Shown: positions 1 through 10,151, counted from the stretch's first letter. The stretch: 64,000 nt of DNA from Thainema sp. (GCA_052168235.1 JBQLZK010000003.1:136677-200676); one strand, 5' to 3'. Numbers and translations are program-made. Notes: generated from the sequence alone by a model not told the origin.

Positions 1-1
1 A

Positions 2-253
2 ATTCTGAAGGTTGTACCGCAGCAGATTATCCAGTGGGAGTCCGTCGATGGCTTACCTAATCGCGGTGCCATCCGATTCTACGATCGCAAAGGCAGCAGC
101 ATCGTCAAACTCAGCGCCGCCTACGCCATTCCGGGCGTGATCGGCAAAATCATGGACAATCTCTTCCTCGGTCGCGTTGTTGAAGGTACTCTCAAAGCGG
201 ATTTAGAGCGGTTCCGCGACTACGCAATGCAGGCCAAAGCCAACGCCACATAA
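2..253 (+). CDS. SRPBCC/START-fold (polyketide cyclase-like) protein, C-terminal part; 5' end lies outside the window
   Basis: Frame from base 2 reads ILKVVPQQIIQWESVDGLPNRGAIRFYDRKGSSIVKLS...FLGRVVEGTLKADLERFRDYA, stop TAA at 251-253. Resembles the cyanobacterial SRPBCC C-terminus. Confidence 0.8.
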   Translation: MLKVVPQQIIQWESVDGLPNRGAIRFYDRKGSSIVKLSAAYAIPGVIGKIMDNLFLGRVVEGTLKADLERFRDYAMQAKANAT

Positions 254-530
254 TATCCAAGTCCGCGTATAGGAACCCAGCTTATTTTTTCTGACGCGCT
301 TGCTTCGCAAGGTACTTGTTTAGCGAAACACTCTGATAAATCCCCCTAAATCCCCCTTAAAAAGGGGGACTTTGAGCTAGCGGTGGTATAGCCCCTTTTT
401 CCTACGCGAAGCCATGCCCGAAGGGCTATAGGGGGCGGCGACAGCGGGGGATCGTACAACTACGCTAAACACATACTTCGCAAGCGCTTCAGGAAAAATA
501 AACTATGGGCTTTCAACCGAACCGCATATA
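254..530. mobile_element. Hairpin MITE-like element interrupted by a second inserted element
   Basis: Flanks 254-311 and 477-530 align with an uninterrupted copy at ~31946-32049 (tatc.a.tcc...gaacccA.tt....cgcttgc / gcaagcg.ttc...atgg..tttcaacCG..c..catata). Confidence 0.7.
312..476. mobile_element. 165-bp MITE with 14-bp imperfect TIRs and 8-bp target-site duplication
   Basis: TIRs gtacttgtttagcg (312-325) and cgctaaacacatac (463-476) match 12/14. TTCGCAAG is directly repeated at 304-311 and 477-484. The interior has a tccccctaaatcccccttaaaaagggggactt-type repeat. Confidence 0.75.
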
Positions 531-559
531 AGTCATTCAGCTATATACACCATTCAAAG

Positions 560-593
560 AAAACGGGAGCCGTGTCTACGGCTCCCGTTTTTT
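560..593 (+). terminator. Intrinsic terminator hairpin
   Basis: aaaacgggagccgt-gtct-acggctcccgttttt plus further T residues, downstream of the SRPBCC gene. Confidence 0.7.
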
Positions 594-755
594 GGCTTTT
601 CTAACACCCTATTCCATGAATGTTATTCATAACATCTATGCACTATACATTTTGATCTGTATCAACGGTCACAATACGCTGGAGATAAGCAGAGGTTACA
701 CCTTAAACATCTTGAACAAAACGAAGGATGTAGCCCAATCAAGGAGGTACGAAAC

Positions 756-1043
756 ATGTCATTCAATTCCAAAGCTCTCAACTGGCGTCCGAGCCATGAC
801 CGCTCAAACTCCCCAGCGACCATTACTCGCCCCACTCTATTTGATCATCTACGTATGACGTGGGAAAGCTGGAAACATGGTTTGTCTGCTAGCGGCGAAC
901 CCCACATTTGGCAAACCCGCGATCGCAACGGCAACGTTCTCTGGAACGCGTATGATCCAGTTAGCGATCGCAGTTTGTACTACGCATCGGAGGCAGAAGT
1001 TCGGATTTGGCTGGAAAACCGCTACTCCTATCCTACCGCTTAA
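756..1043 (+). CDS. Small hypothetical protein (EPxIWQxxDRxG..WxAYDP..ExEVRxWLExRY type)
   Basis: AGGAGG RBS at ~742-747. Trp-rich motif pattern that I recall from cyanobacterial hypothetical proteins. Followed by a terminator. Confidence 0.75.
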   Translation: MSFNSKALNWRPSHDRSNSPATITRPTLFDHLRMTWESWKHGLSASGEPHIWQTRDRNGNVLWNAYDPVSDRSLYYASEAEVRIWLENRYSYPTA

Positions 1044-1140
1044 CAACGTGAGCAGGTGTGCGGAGATTGCTGTTTAATTCAGTCAACCTATTCCGGACAA
1101 GCACCATGAATCTAACTTCACATTTAACGATTACTGGTTC

Positions 1141-1177
1141 AAAAAAACAGAGCCGCGCAGTGCGCGGCTCTGTTTTT
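1141..1177. terminator. Bidirectional intrinsic terminator
   Basis: aaaaacagagccgcgca-g-tgcgcggctctgttttt, a perfect inverted repeat between convergent genes. Confidence 0.8.
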
Positions 1178-1188
1178 GCCATCAATTC

Positions 1189-4100
1189 TCAGTCCTGATC
1201 ACGCAACTCCATACTCGTTTGCACACCTAGCAGATGCTGTTCCCCGTAGTTGAGCAAATTATCCAGCGTGATCAGCCGATGTTCCCAGGCGCGTACCCGA
1301 TAGCGGCTGCTCACTGACTGAACATAAACCTGTCCCCGTAGCCGCTGACGAAACTGATTTAACCGCGATCGCGCTTGATTCAAGTGGGAAGCTGAGGGAG
1401 ATGCAGCCAGCTTAGTCAGCGCTTCGTCTAGCTCCTGAGCTGACCGAACCCACTGCTCAGATGCGCCACCCTGCACCCACATTTGGCGGTTTTCCAGTAA
1501 CCAGTTCCACTCCCGCAGCAGGGCCTGATAACGAGCCGAGGCCGCTTCAAACGGTTGACGATAGGGAATTGGCTCGTCCGCAACGGACTCACCACCCTGA
1601 GTCTGATCAAAAATTTCCTGGAGTTCAGGATTGAGGTTTTCAACCGCAAACAGCGCGTATCCGCCCGTCGGCAAATCGCGCAGGAACTGAATTTGATCCA
1701 GCGCCACTTCATTAGGCATGTCGAGCAGCCTAATCCCTGGCAGAATCAGCGTTGAATCAAACCGATTTTCCATCAGCCAGGGCCGCGTTACTCGCTCTAG
1801 CTGATCGGTGTTTTGCACATAGCTCATCAAAACGACCAGATCAACATCACCCTCCTCAGCCCAAGCTTCCCAGTGCTGCTGCAGCTTCTGCAAGCGCTCA
1901 TGTTCGGAGTGAGGGAAAACGGCGACGGATAGGTTCAGATCGGGATACTGGCGCTCCAGCAGGTTCGAAACTTCGCCGACGAATGAGCTAACTTGTTCAG
2001 TCCGGAAGTCCGTCCAGGCTTGCCACAGCCGCCGCTGCTGCTGCCGTTCGGCAGGTGAATGCTCGGGATTGTCACGCGGCGAAAGCTGGAGTGGATCAAC
2101 TCCAGTACGCTGATAGAACTGCTGGCGGGCGGCAAGACCGTAACCGTAGGTGCGACCCGCGCTGGGATCTTGGAACGGATAGCGAATATAGTCAAGCTGA
2201 ATACCGTCTACGTCATAGCGGCTGGCAATCTCGTCCACCATACGTAAGAGGTAACTGCGGACCTCTGGATTGGCCGGATCCAGGAAGGGCTTGTTTTGGC
2301 CCAGCGGGATCATCTCGCCGCGATTGTCGTAGTTGGCCCAGTCACGATGAGCGGCAATTAGCGGACCAGGATAGCTGTCAGGCTGATTCAGAATGCGGTT
2401 ATGGGCCTGGTTGCCTGCTGCAAACGTCCACATCCAGGCGTGAATCGCCATGCCGCGCTCATGAGCCAGTTCCACCGCAGCTTCTAGCGGATCCCAGTGA
2501 CGCGTGAGTGGATTCTGCTCCGGTGCCACGCGGCTGGGATAGATCGGATAGCCTGCATTGACGGTTTCAAAGAAAACGGTGTTGATGCCCGCCGCGGCCA
2601 GTCGGTCAAACACCCGCTCTAGTCCTCGGGGCGATCCTGCCGCCACAATTGTGCCCCGATCAAGCCACATGGCGCGGATTTCAGGCTGGGCAAAGCGATT
2701 GTCAACCGGAAAATCACTCCAGAGCGCATCCCGTACCGCCAACCAGCGAGATCGCACTTCTTCGTACTGGCGCTGTTCGATCAAGCCGTTCCAATCATTG
2801 AGTAGCGACTCGGCCTGCTGGAGGGCAGGGGGAAGTGCGATCGCAGGTTGATCCAGTCCAGCACCTTCACTGCTAGCGGTCAAAATCGGTGCGGCACTAG
2901 CTTGTAGGCTGGTATCGGCATCTTGCGATCGCGCAGCAAATAGGGCGCTTTCATAGCGACCGACTAGGCTTTCCAGTTCCTGACGCATGGTGAGTGCATC
3001 ATAGGTATTGATCGGCAGCGCACTCGGGGTCACGTTTAAGCCCGGTGGCACCATCTGTTCGGCTGGGTCATTGGGTTCCCGCAGGCTGGGCAGCTGCTCG
3101 GTGGGCCGAATCCAAAAGCGGGATGACGGGGATGGACTGGCCGCACTGGTCGTAGATGGCGTAGCAGGTGTCGCTGCATCTCTCGCCGCTAGACCCACTC
3201 GGTTGGACGCAGGTGCAGACGGGGTAGAAGACGGACTAGAGGAAGCCGTATCGGGTTCCACCAGCGGCGTCAATCGATAGCTGGATGGCAGGTCGGTTGA
3301 CGTACGGCGCGACGTTTGATCGGTGGGTGGGTTAGATTCAGATACCGCATCTCCGGCTAGCGCTACAGGCGCTTCGGATCTGGCTGATGGACGCGGTGCC
3401 TGAGCCGTTTGATTCGGTGCTGGATTAGACGGAGCTGATTGAGCAGATGTTGAGGAAGCAGAATCAGCTGGAGCCGCCACTCTGGGCGTGTTTTGATAAT
3501 AAGACAGAGCAGCTTGCAGCCACTGACTATCAAACTGGGCCGATTGGGACGACCCCATGCCCCAGCGCCAGCCCAGCAGAGTTGCCCGCTCATTCGAAAT
3601 CACCGCTGCGGCCTGCTCATTACTGAACAACTCCATCTCCGACTGCTGAATATTGGCTGCTGCACTGCGCCAGGTGACGACAACGTTGCTCATGGAATGG
3701 GTCGGCAGCAGCACTCCGCCCCATACTTCCTCACTGGTGTTGCCGTCCTGTACCCAGCGGTAGGAGGGATTGGGCACGGTTTGCAGATTGGCGGGTTGGG
3801 CCAGGGGAAACGCCCAGTATGCGCCCAGAAGCGATCGCAGTTGCTGACGCACTTGCGTTTCGGCCAAATTCCCGACTGGGCCACTAGCAATGATGCGTCC
3901 GCCCCGATTCACCCAGGCTTCCAGCACCGTTACCTGCCCGGCTGAAATTGCTTCTACGCTGGGAATAAAGAGCACATTGACATTGGCCAGATCAGCCACC
4001 GAGCGAATTTGGCCCAGTTCAACTTCCTGAAAGGTAATACCAGCAGCCTGAATGCGACTGGTGATGTTTGACCACTGGGCCTGATTATCCGGGCTGCGTA

Positions 4101-4335
4101 CAACCCCTAAAACCAACTGCTCCGTGCCCGGATTCGCTGAGGCCACTTCCGTCTGCGCCTGGGCAGCGGGTAAACCGCGATCGCAGGTGTATCCCACCAG
4201 CGTCAGCAGTAATGCAGCAAACAGCAGCCGTCCTGTGCCTTGAGTCATCAGGCGATATACCAACCGAGTCATGAACGGTGCCGTGAATGATGCCATAAAC
4301 GGTTTAGCGTGGCGCAAATGCTGGACTAGTCTCAC
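1189..4335 (-). CDS. GHL10/DUF187 (YddW/DigH-like) glycoside hydrolase, exported, with N-terminal domain and Ser/Pro/Ala-rich linker
   Basis: EIRAMWLDRG, GINTVFFET, WDPL..AVELAHERGM.IHAW, FLDPANPEVR, YDVDGIQLDYIRYP motifs; hydrophobic N-terminus. Start uncertain (may be downstream of 4335). Confidence 0.88.
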   Translation of the reverse strand: MRLVQHLRHAKPFMASFTAPFMTRLVYRLMTQGTGRLLFAALLLTLVGYTCDRGLPAAQAQTEVASANPGTEQLVLGVVRSPDNQAQWSNITSRIQAAGITFQEVELGQIRSVADLANVNVLFIPSVEAISAGQVTVLEAWVNRGGRIIASGPVGNLAETQVRQQLRSLLGAYWAFPLAQPANLQTVPNPSYRWVQDGNTSEEVWGGVLLPTHSMSNVVVTWRSAAANIQQSEMELFSNEQAAAVISNERATLLGWRWGMGSSQSAQFDSQWLQAALSYYQNTPRVAAPADSASSTSAQSAPSNPAPNQTAQAPRPSARSEAPVALAGDAVSESNPPTDQTSRRTSTDLPSSYRLTPLVEPDTASSSPSSTPSAPASNRVGLAARDAATPATPSTTSAASPSPSSRFWIRPTEQLPSLREPNDPAEQMVPPGLNVTPSALPINTYDALTMRQELESLVGRYESALFAARSQDADTSLQASAAPILTASSEGAGLDQPAIALPPALQQAESLLNDWNGLIEQRQYEEVRSRWLAVRDALWSDFPVDNRFAQPEIRAMWLDRGTIVAAGSPRGLERVFDRLAAAGINTVFFETVNAGYPIYPSRVAPEQNPLTRHWDPLEAAVELAHERGMAIHAWMWTFAAGNQAHNRILNQPDSYPGPLIAAHRDWANYDNRGEMIPLGQNKPFLDPANPEVRSYLLRMVDEIASRYDVDGIQLDYIRYPFQDPSAGRTYGYGLAARQQFYQRTGVDPLQLSPRDNPEHSPAERQQQRRLWQAWTDFRTEQVSSFVGEVSNLLERQYPDLNLSVAVFPHSEHERLQKLQQHWEAWAEEGDVDLVVLMSYVQNTDQLERVTRPWLMENRFDSTLILPGIRLLDMPNEVALDQIQFLRDLPTGGYALFAVENLNPELQEIFDQTQGGESVADEPIPYRQPFEAASARYQALLREWNWLLENRQMWVQGGASEQWVRSAQELDEALTKLAASPSASHLNQARSRLNQFRQRLRGQVYVQSVSSRYRVRAWEHRLITLDNLLNYGEQHLLGVQTSMELRDQD

Positions 4336-4647
4336 GATTTCAGACCTTATTCGACGACGATACCTTGAGAACCTAATTGAAAATCTACAGGGTTAGCATG
4401 CCCAATTATTCTGTAGCTTCAACGAATTTCTACAAAGAGATTGCAAATAAACCGTGAAATTACGATGAGTTTGGGCATTTCATTACCAGATCACAACTAT
4501 TCAATCAAAACAGCTTGATCAGCCAACGGGTTCTATCACTCAGGAATTGGGCTGATGCAGATGAGTCTTGCCCAGTCAGGTTAAAAACTCACCGTTCTTT
4601 TTGAAAGCTCACTGCATAAAGCTTTTCTAAAAAAGAATTGAGTTTCT

Positions 4648-4699
4648 CTACAAAACAATTTCCAACCCCAAAAACTTTATTTCCAATAAAGTTTATTGA
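4648..4699. repeat. Truncated right half of the MITE-like element at 39993-40090
   Basis: 43 bp (4648-4690) match 40039-40081 with one mismatch. Confidence 0.75.
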
Positions 4700-4844
4700 C
4701 TGGGTACAGGATTCAGGAAAACGGTGAGATTTTGTGGCGGCAGATGGGCACTCCAACGCAAATCATGACACCGATTGGTGACACGCTACAAGGTTGCGAT
4801 CGCAGATTTTGATGAAAATTGGGTGAAGACCACAGCAAATCCAC

Positions 4845-5507
4845 TTAAATCAGGCCAATTAGCTCTAGCCAATCGGCAATCCCGTTCAGAATCAACTGCA
4901 CACCAATCGCCATAATGAACAGACCCAAAATGCGGCTGAGAGCACTGATGCCCCGTTCGCCCAGCAGTTTCAGCAGCAGAGTCGAAGAGCGCAGCGATAG
5001 GTAAATCAGTAAGCCTAAAACTGCGATCGCGGCTCCGGCTGCGGCCAAGTTGATGAATGTCCCGGTAGATAAGTCTCGTCCGGCTTGAGCGGCTAAGCCC
5101 AGCGTTACTGCGATTGAACCAGGGCCAGCCAGCATCGGAATCGTCATCGGAATCAGCGCAATGTCTTCGTGATGCTCTAACTGCTGAATCGCGCCTCGAT
5201 TTTCCCGTCTGGAGATTTTGGGCTGAGCATTCATCGTTTGCCAAGCCGCATTGAAGACAACAATGCCCCCAGCAATCCGCACCACCTCCAGCGAAATGCC
5301 AAAAAACCGCAAAATGCCGCCACCCACCAGCAAAAACAGCAGCAGGACAGCCATCACATTCAGCGCCACTCGTCCCGCTAATTGACGGCGCACAGTCGGC
5401 GACGCATCGGGCGTCACAACCAGAAAAATGGGCGCTCCGCCAATCGGATCAACGACCGGAATCAGCGCCAGTAGGCTACCAACCGCAAACTCAAAAAACT
5501 GCTGCAT
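4845..5507 (-). CDS. MarC family membrane protein
   Basis: VDPIGGAPIF, FGISLEVVRIAGGI, PMTIPMLAGPGSI, SRILGLFIMAIGVQ; about six TM segments. Confidence 0.92.
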   Translation of the reverse strand: MQQFFEFAVGSLLALIPVVDPIGGAPIFLVVTPDASPTVRRQLAGRVALNVMAVLLLFLLVGGGILRFFGISLEVVRIAGGIVVFNAAWQTMNAQPKISRRENRGAIQQLEHHEDIALIPMTIPMLAGPGSIAVTLGLAAQAGRDLSTGTFINLAAAGAAIAVLGLLIYLSLRSSTLLLKLLGERGISALSRILGLFIMAIGVQLILNGIADWLELIGLI

Positions 5508-5625
5508 GGAAATTGCTCAGTATCGCCAAATCTCGATCAATGTTAACGACAGCAAAATAAGACAGATTGCCTTCCCGCCTGAATCCGCCACAATAGTAGA
5601 GTATGGTTCTCCATGATGAGCGTTT

Positions 5626-6780
5626 ATGTCTATTGCTACCGTTGATCAGATTCTTAGCCGATCCCTAGCGGGTAAAGATATTTCAGTCGAGGATGGGGTG
5701 GTGCTGCTAAGCCAAACTGATCCAAGTGCGATCGCAGCCATTCGAGCGGCGGCGGATCAGCTCCGGCAACAGCAGGCAGGCGATACTGTCACCTATGTGA
5801 TCAACCGCAACATCAACTTCACCAATATCTGCGAGCAGCACTGCAACTTCTGCGCCTTTCGGCGCGACGCAGATCAGGATGGAGCCTACTGGCTCAACGA
5901 AGCGACGATTCTGGAAAAAGCGGCAGCAGCCGTGCAGCTTGGCGCTACAGAAATTTGTATGCAGGGCGGCCTAAATCTGGAGGCCAAACTAGACGGCCAA
6001 TCGCTGCCCTACTACGTTCGGCTGGTGAGAACCATTAAAGATGAATTTCCAGATCTGCATCTGCACGCCTTTTCACCCCAGGAAATTCAGTTTATTGCCC
6101 GCGAAGATGACCTCAGCTATCGCACCGTGATTGAAGCGCTGCAAGAGGCGGGCCTTGGCTCCATGCCCGGTACTGCCGCTGAAGTGCTAGACGACTCCGT
6201 TCGCCGCATTCTCTGTCCCGAAAAAATCAACACCGCTATCTGGCTGGAAATCATCGGCCTCGCACATCAGGTTGGCTTGCCGACTACCAGCACAATGCTG
6301 TCCGGTCATATTGAAACACCCATGCAGCAAATGCAGCATTTTCAGCACCTCCGCACGCTGCAACAGCAAGCCGTTGAACGCGACTATCCAACCCAGATTA
6401 CTGAATTTATTTTGCTGCCCTTCATCGGTCAAGACGCGCCCAAGCCACTGCGAAAACGAGTCGGACGCGATCAGCCAATCCTGAGTGATGCCTTGTTACT
6501 CACGGCAGTGGCTCGTATTTTCCTGGGTAACTGGATTGCCAATCACCAGCCGAGCTGGGTCAAACTGGGCTTACACGGCGCATCCGAAGCCCTCACCTGG
6601 GGCTGCAACGACATCGGCGGCACGCTGATGGAAGAACATATCACCTCAATGGCTGGGGCACAGGGCGGCACCTGTATGACGGTAGATGAATTGAGATCTG
6701 CGATCGCAGATCTGAACCGTCCCTATCAGCAGCGAGATACACTATATAATCCTGTTCTCACGCCCATCGCTGTTTCGTAA
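5626..6780 (+). CDS. cofH: FO synthase subunit CofH (radical SAM)
   Basis: [24 protein letters not shown] (CxxxCxxC), [40 protein letters not shown]. Confidence 0.92.
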   Translation: MSIATVDQILSRSLAGKDISVEDGVVLLSQTDPSAIAAIRAAADQLRQQQAGDTVTYVINRNINFTNICEQHCNFCAFRRDADQDGAYWLNEATILEKAAAAVQLGATEICMQGGLNLEAKLDGQSLPYYVRLVRTIKDEFPDLHLHAFSPQEIQFIAREDDLSYRTVIEALQEAGLGSMPGTAAEVLDDSVRRILCPEKINTAIWLEIIGLAHQVGLPTTSTMLSGHIETPMQQMQHFQHLRTLQQQAVERDYPTQITEFILLPFIGQDAPKPLRKRVGRDQPILSDALLLTAVARIFLGNWIANHQPSWVKLGLHGASEALTWGCNDIGGTLMEEHITSMAGAQGGTCMTVDELRSAIADLNRPYQQRDTLYNPVLTPIAVS

Positions 6781-6794
6781 TCCAGACCCGATTT

Positions 6795-8015
6795 ATGCTG
6801 CCAACGGATTTGCTGAGCTATCGGCTGAGCGGTGATTCCCTAATTCCGAAAAAGCTGTCGATTTGCGATCGCAACTTAGAGATGGCGGTTGATCTGATCA
6901 CCCTGTTTCAGGACTGCCAGGGCGACACCCAGGGCAATTTAGATCGACGGTTGCAAGATTTAGAAGGTGAAGATACCGATTACCGAATTAGGCGGGGACT
7001 GGCTCACATTCTCCGCAGCAGCTTCAGCACGTTTGACATCGTTAGTCCCTTGGAACCGCAGGATCTGCGGCAGCGGGTGTTTAGCTTAGCGGCGCAGACG
7101 GTGCCGAGTATGCCCAATGCTCAAGTGCATTTGACCAAGCTAGCCGATCAGCTCAGTGTAGAGTGCGATCGCGAAGTGTCGGTCAAAGACATCCAGCACG
7201 GACTGTATGCTGACCTGCAAGAAAACCGGATCTTGACCGAGTTTGATGCGCCGACTCCGGAAGCCTTGCTGCATCGCTACAACCTGTCGCAGGTGCAGGG
7301 TGTGTTCTACAAAGCCAGCCACATCACGCTCAACGTCCACCGCAACGATCCGGGTGAGTACAAGCTGCTGTTTCGCTATCTCAAGTTTTTTCGGCTGATG
7401 ACCTATATTGAGGGCGATGCCGATCAGGGCTTTACGATTACGATTGACGGCCCCACTAGTTTATTCAAAGCCAGCACCCGCTACGGATTGGATATTGCTA
7501 AGCTGCTGCCTGCCTTGCTACACGTGACGCGCTGGAGTCTGCGGGCGACGCTACAGGTGAAGGATTCCTACAGTAAAACGCCGAAGCGCAAGCAGTTTAT
7601 GCTGGATTCCGAACGCTGTGACTTGGTGACGCACTATCCGCCGGGTAAGCCCTACGACAGCATGCTAGAGGAGTCGTTTGCCAACCGCTGGGATCAGCTC
7701 AGCAGCGACTGGCGGCTGGAACGCGAGGTGGATCTCATCCCGATTCCCGGCAGCGTGATGATTCCCGATTTCCGGCTGGTGCACGAGGATGGCCGCACCT
7801 ATTTGCTGGAAATTGTCGGCTACTGGCGACCGGAGTATCTGCGGAAAAAGTTCTCCCAGGTGCGACAGTCGGGCTGTCCGAATCTCATCCTGGCGGTTTC
7901 AGAGCGGCTGAATTTGGAGAAGGCCGGGGTGAATATTGCTAATACGCCTGCACGAGTCGTGTGGTTCAAAAACAAGCTCGCACCTAAAGATGTTCTTAAA
8001 ATCTTGGAGAATTAA
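6795..8015 (+). CDS. DUF790 family protein (Bax1-like predicted PD-(D/E)xK nuclease)
   Basis: LYADL, LLHRYNLSQVQG, IDGPTSLF...RYG, YDSMLEESFA, VMIPDF...LLEIVGYWRPEYLRKK. Confidence 0.9.
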   Translation: MLPTDLLSYRLSGDSLIPKKLSICDRNLEMAVDLITLFQDCQGDTQGNLDRRLQDLEGEDTDYRIRRGLAHILRSSFSTFDIVSPLEPQDLRQRVFSLAAQTVPSMPNAQVHLTKLADQLSVECDREVSVKDIQHGLYADLQENRILTEFDAPTPEALLHRYNLSQVQGVFYKASHITLNVHRNDPGEYKLLFRYLKFFRLMTYIEGDADQGFTITIDGPTSLFKASTRYGLDIAKLLPALLHVTRWSLRATLQVKDSYSKTPKRKQFMLDSERCDLVTHYPPGKPYDSMLEESFANRWDQLSSDWRLEREVDLIPIPGSVMIPDFRLVHEDGRTYLLEIVGYWRPEYLRKKFSQVRQSGCPNLILAVSERLNLEKAGVNIANTPARVVWFKNKLAPKDVLKILEN

Positions 8016-8041
8016 GCCAGTGAGATTGCGATCGCACTGAC

Positions 8042-8368
8042 CTATTGCATGCACTTTATTTCATTACAAATCTCACTATCTGAAGCCACCGACTTTCCAT
8101 GAAACGTACACCAACCAAACTCATAAAACGAGCAATAAGCACAGGTTTCTTGAGTTACGTTTATATCTTGATGATCAGAATTATCACTAGGATTCAATGA
8201 ATCTTTTGATACATCATCTGACTCAATATCAGGGTGATCTTTACCATGAATCACCCAACTTAGGAACTGGTTCCAAGGGGATGACTGAACAGATGACTGA
8301 CGCTTATTCGATATTAAAATAGCTATCGTGTTTGTGATCGAAATAGTCATCATCTTTACCTCAAGCAT
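8042..8368 (-). CDS. Hypothetical or remnant ORF with C-terminal Cys cluster in an AT-rich islet
   Basis: C-terminus CAYCSFYEFGWCTFHG...EICNEIKC; low GC; N-terminus unconvincing. Confidence 0.35.
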   Translation of the reverse strand: MLEVKMMTISITNTIAILISNKRQSSVQSSPWNQFLSWVIHGKDHPDIESDDVSKDSLNPSDNSDHQDINVTQETCAYCSFYEFGWCTFHGKSVASDSEICNEIKCMQ

Positions 8369-8879
8369 CTTTAATACAAAGTTATCAAAGCCTTGATCAA
8401 GTAAATACAGTAAATACTAGCAAAGCGTCCAAAACTGGATTTGATTACTCAATAACCATTCAGTTATAATGCGCTTCAACGTCCTCTGTCAAGCCGCTGT
8501 CAAGGTGGTCAAAAAGCAAATGAAGTTGAGCTGTTTGCCTCGTGAATTGAATTTTGGAGTCAATTCTGGCTGTATCAAACCGCTCAAAAACAAGCATTTG
8601 AAGATTAAAAGCCTCGAATATTATCTGATCAAATTTTAAATGTTTTGGCAGGTTTGGCGGCACTTAGAATACTAAAGACTTTGTAAAAAAACGCTCAGGT
8701 TAGAGTATGGCAAATAGGCAGCAGGCTTGGCGTCTCTCTGAAGGTGTATAGATATATTTCGAAAAAGCTGCATTTCCTAAATTAGTTATCGCGTAGCACT
8801 GGGAGAGTATGGTCTGTTGCAAAGAGGCTTCCATTGCTATAGTTGCAACGTTTGCTACTGTAATGCTGAGCTGATGGCA

Positions 8880-10151
8880 ATGAAGCTTCTCTGTTTAAGT
8901 AACGGTCATGGTGAAGACATAATCGGCTTGCGGATTTTGCAAGCGCTTCAGCAACAGGCTCCCGAACTGGAGATTGCTGCGCTACCGATTGTGGGGGAAG
9001 GACTGAGTTATCAGCGGGCGGAGATTCCCATTATCGGAGCAGTCAAACCCATGCCGTCCGGTGGCTTTATCTATATGGATGGTCGTCAACTGGCCAGAGA
9101 TTTGCAGGGGGGGTTGCTGGCACTGACGAGATCGCAACTCAAAACTATCCGAGCTTGGGCCAAAGAGGGCGGCTTCATCTTAGCCGTGGGCGATATTGTG
9201 CCGCTGCTGTTTGCGTGGCTGAGTAGGGCCAACTATGCCTTTGTAGGAACAGCCAAATCAGAATATTATCTGCGGGATGAGGTGGGCTGGTTGCCGCGCG
9301 ATTCTTGGGTGGCCACGCTGGAAAACTGGTCAGGATCGGTTTATTTACCGTGGGAGCGCTGGCTCATGGGGCGCAAACGCTGTCAGGCCATTTTTCCTAG
9401 AGATTCCCTCACCAGCCACGTTTTGCAAGCCAAGTCGTTACCTGCTTATGACCTAGGCAATCCCATGATGGACGGCTTGGTTACAGCTACTAGCAAGGCT
9501 ACCGATTCAGAATTGCACAATACTAACTCCACGGTCGGTACAGAGGACGCACCGCAACCGCTGACGGTTGTACTGTTACCGGGTTCGCGTCCGCCAGAAG
9601 CCTATCACAACTGGCAAACTGTTCTGACCGCTGGATCTTACGTGATGCGAGATTTAGATCGGCAGTCCGTGCGCTTTTTAGCGGCGATCGCACCTAGCCT
9701 TGATTTAGCACCACTCCGTGAACGTTTAGAGATGGAAGGCTGGCGACCGGATTCGACCGATGCTCTAACCTATATCCGAGGAGCGTCAACATTAACCATT
9801 GCCACCGATCGATACGCAGAATTTTTGCAGCAGGCGGATTTTGCGATCGCAATGGCAGGTACCGCAACAGAACAGTTTGTGGGATTGGGTAAACCAGCGC
9901 TCATTCTACCCGGAACGGGGCCGCAATTTACACCCCGCTTTGCCGAAGCCCAGACACGGCTATTGGGGCCATCTGTCACTCTGATCAAGCCGGAACAGGC
10001 GGGTCAGGTTGTACAAAACTTTTTAACTCGGCCTGATTTGCTGCAACTAGTAGCTGAAAACGGCCAGCGCCGCATGGGCGCACCCGGTGCAGCAGCTCGG
10101 ATTGCGGCTTGTTTACGAGAGAAATGTTTGGCTTTGGAGAGTAAGGCGTGA
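8880..10151 (+). CDS. Lipid-A-disaccharide synthase-related protein (GT-B fold)
   Basis: MKLLCLSNGHGED, MPSGGF, GTAKSEYY, GNPMMDGL, LLPGSRPPEA, MAGTATEQFVGLGKP, GPQFT.FAEAQTRLLG. Start moved to the ATG at 8880. Confidence 0.88.
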   Translation: MKLLCLSNGHGEDIIGLRILQALQQQAPELEIAALPIVGEGLSYQRAEIPIIGAVKPMPSGGFIYMDGRQLARDLQGGLLALTRSQLKTIRAWAKEGGFILAVGDIVPLLFAWLSRANYAFVGTAKSEYYLRDEVGWLPRDSWVATLENWSGSVYLPWERWLMGRKRCQAIFPRDSLTSHVLQAKSLPAYDLGNPMMDGLVTATSKATDSELHNTNSTVGTEDAPQPLTVVLLPGSRPPEAYHNWQTVLTAGSYVMRDLDRQSVRFLAAIAPSLDLAPLRERLEMEGWRPDSTDALTYIRGASTLTIATDRYAEFLQQADFAIAMAGTATEQFVGLGKPALILPGTGPQFTPRFAEAQTRLLGPSVTLIKPEQAGQVVQNFLTRPDLLQLVAENGQRRMGAPGAAARIAACLREKCLALESKA

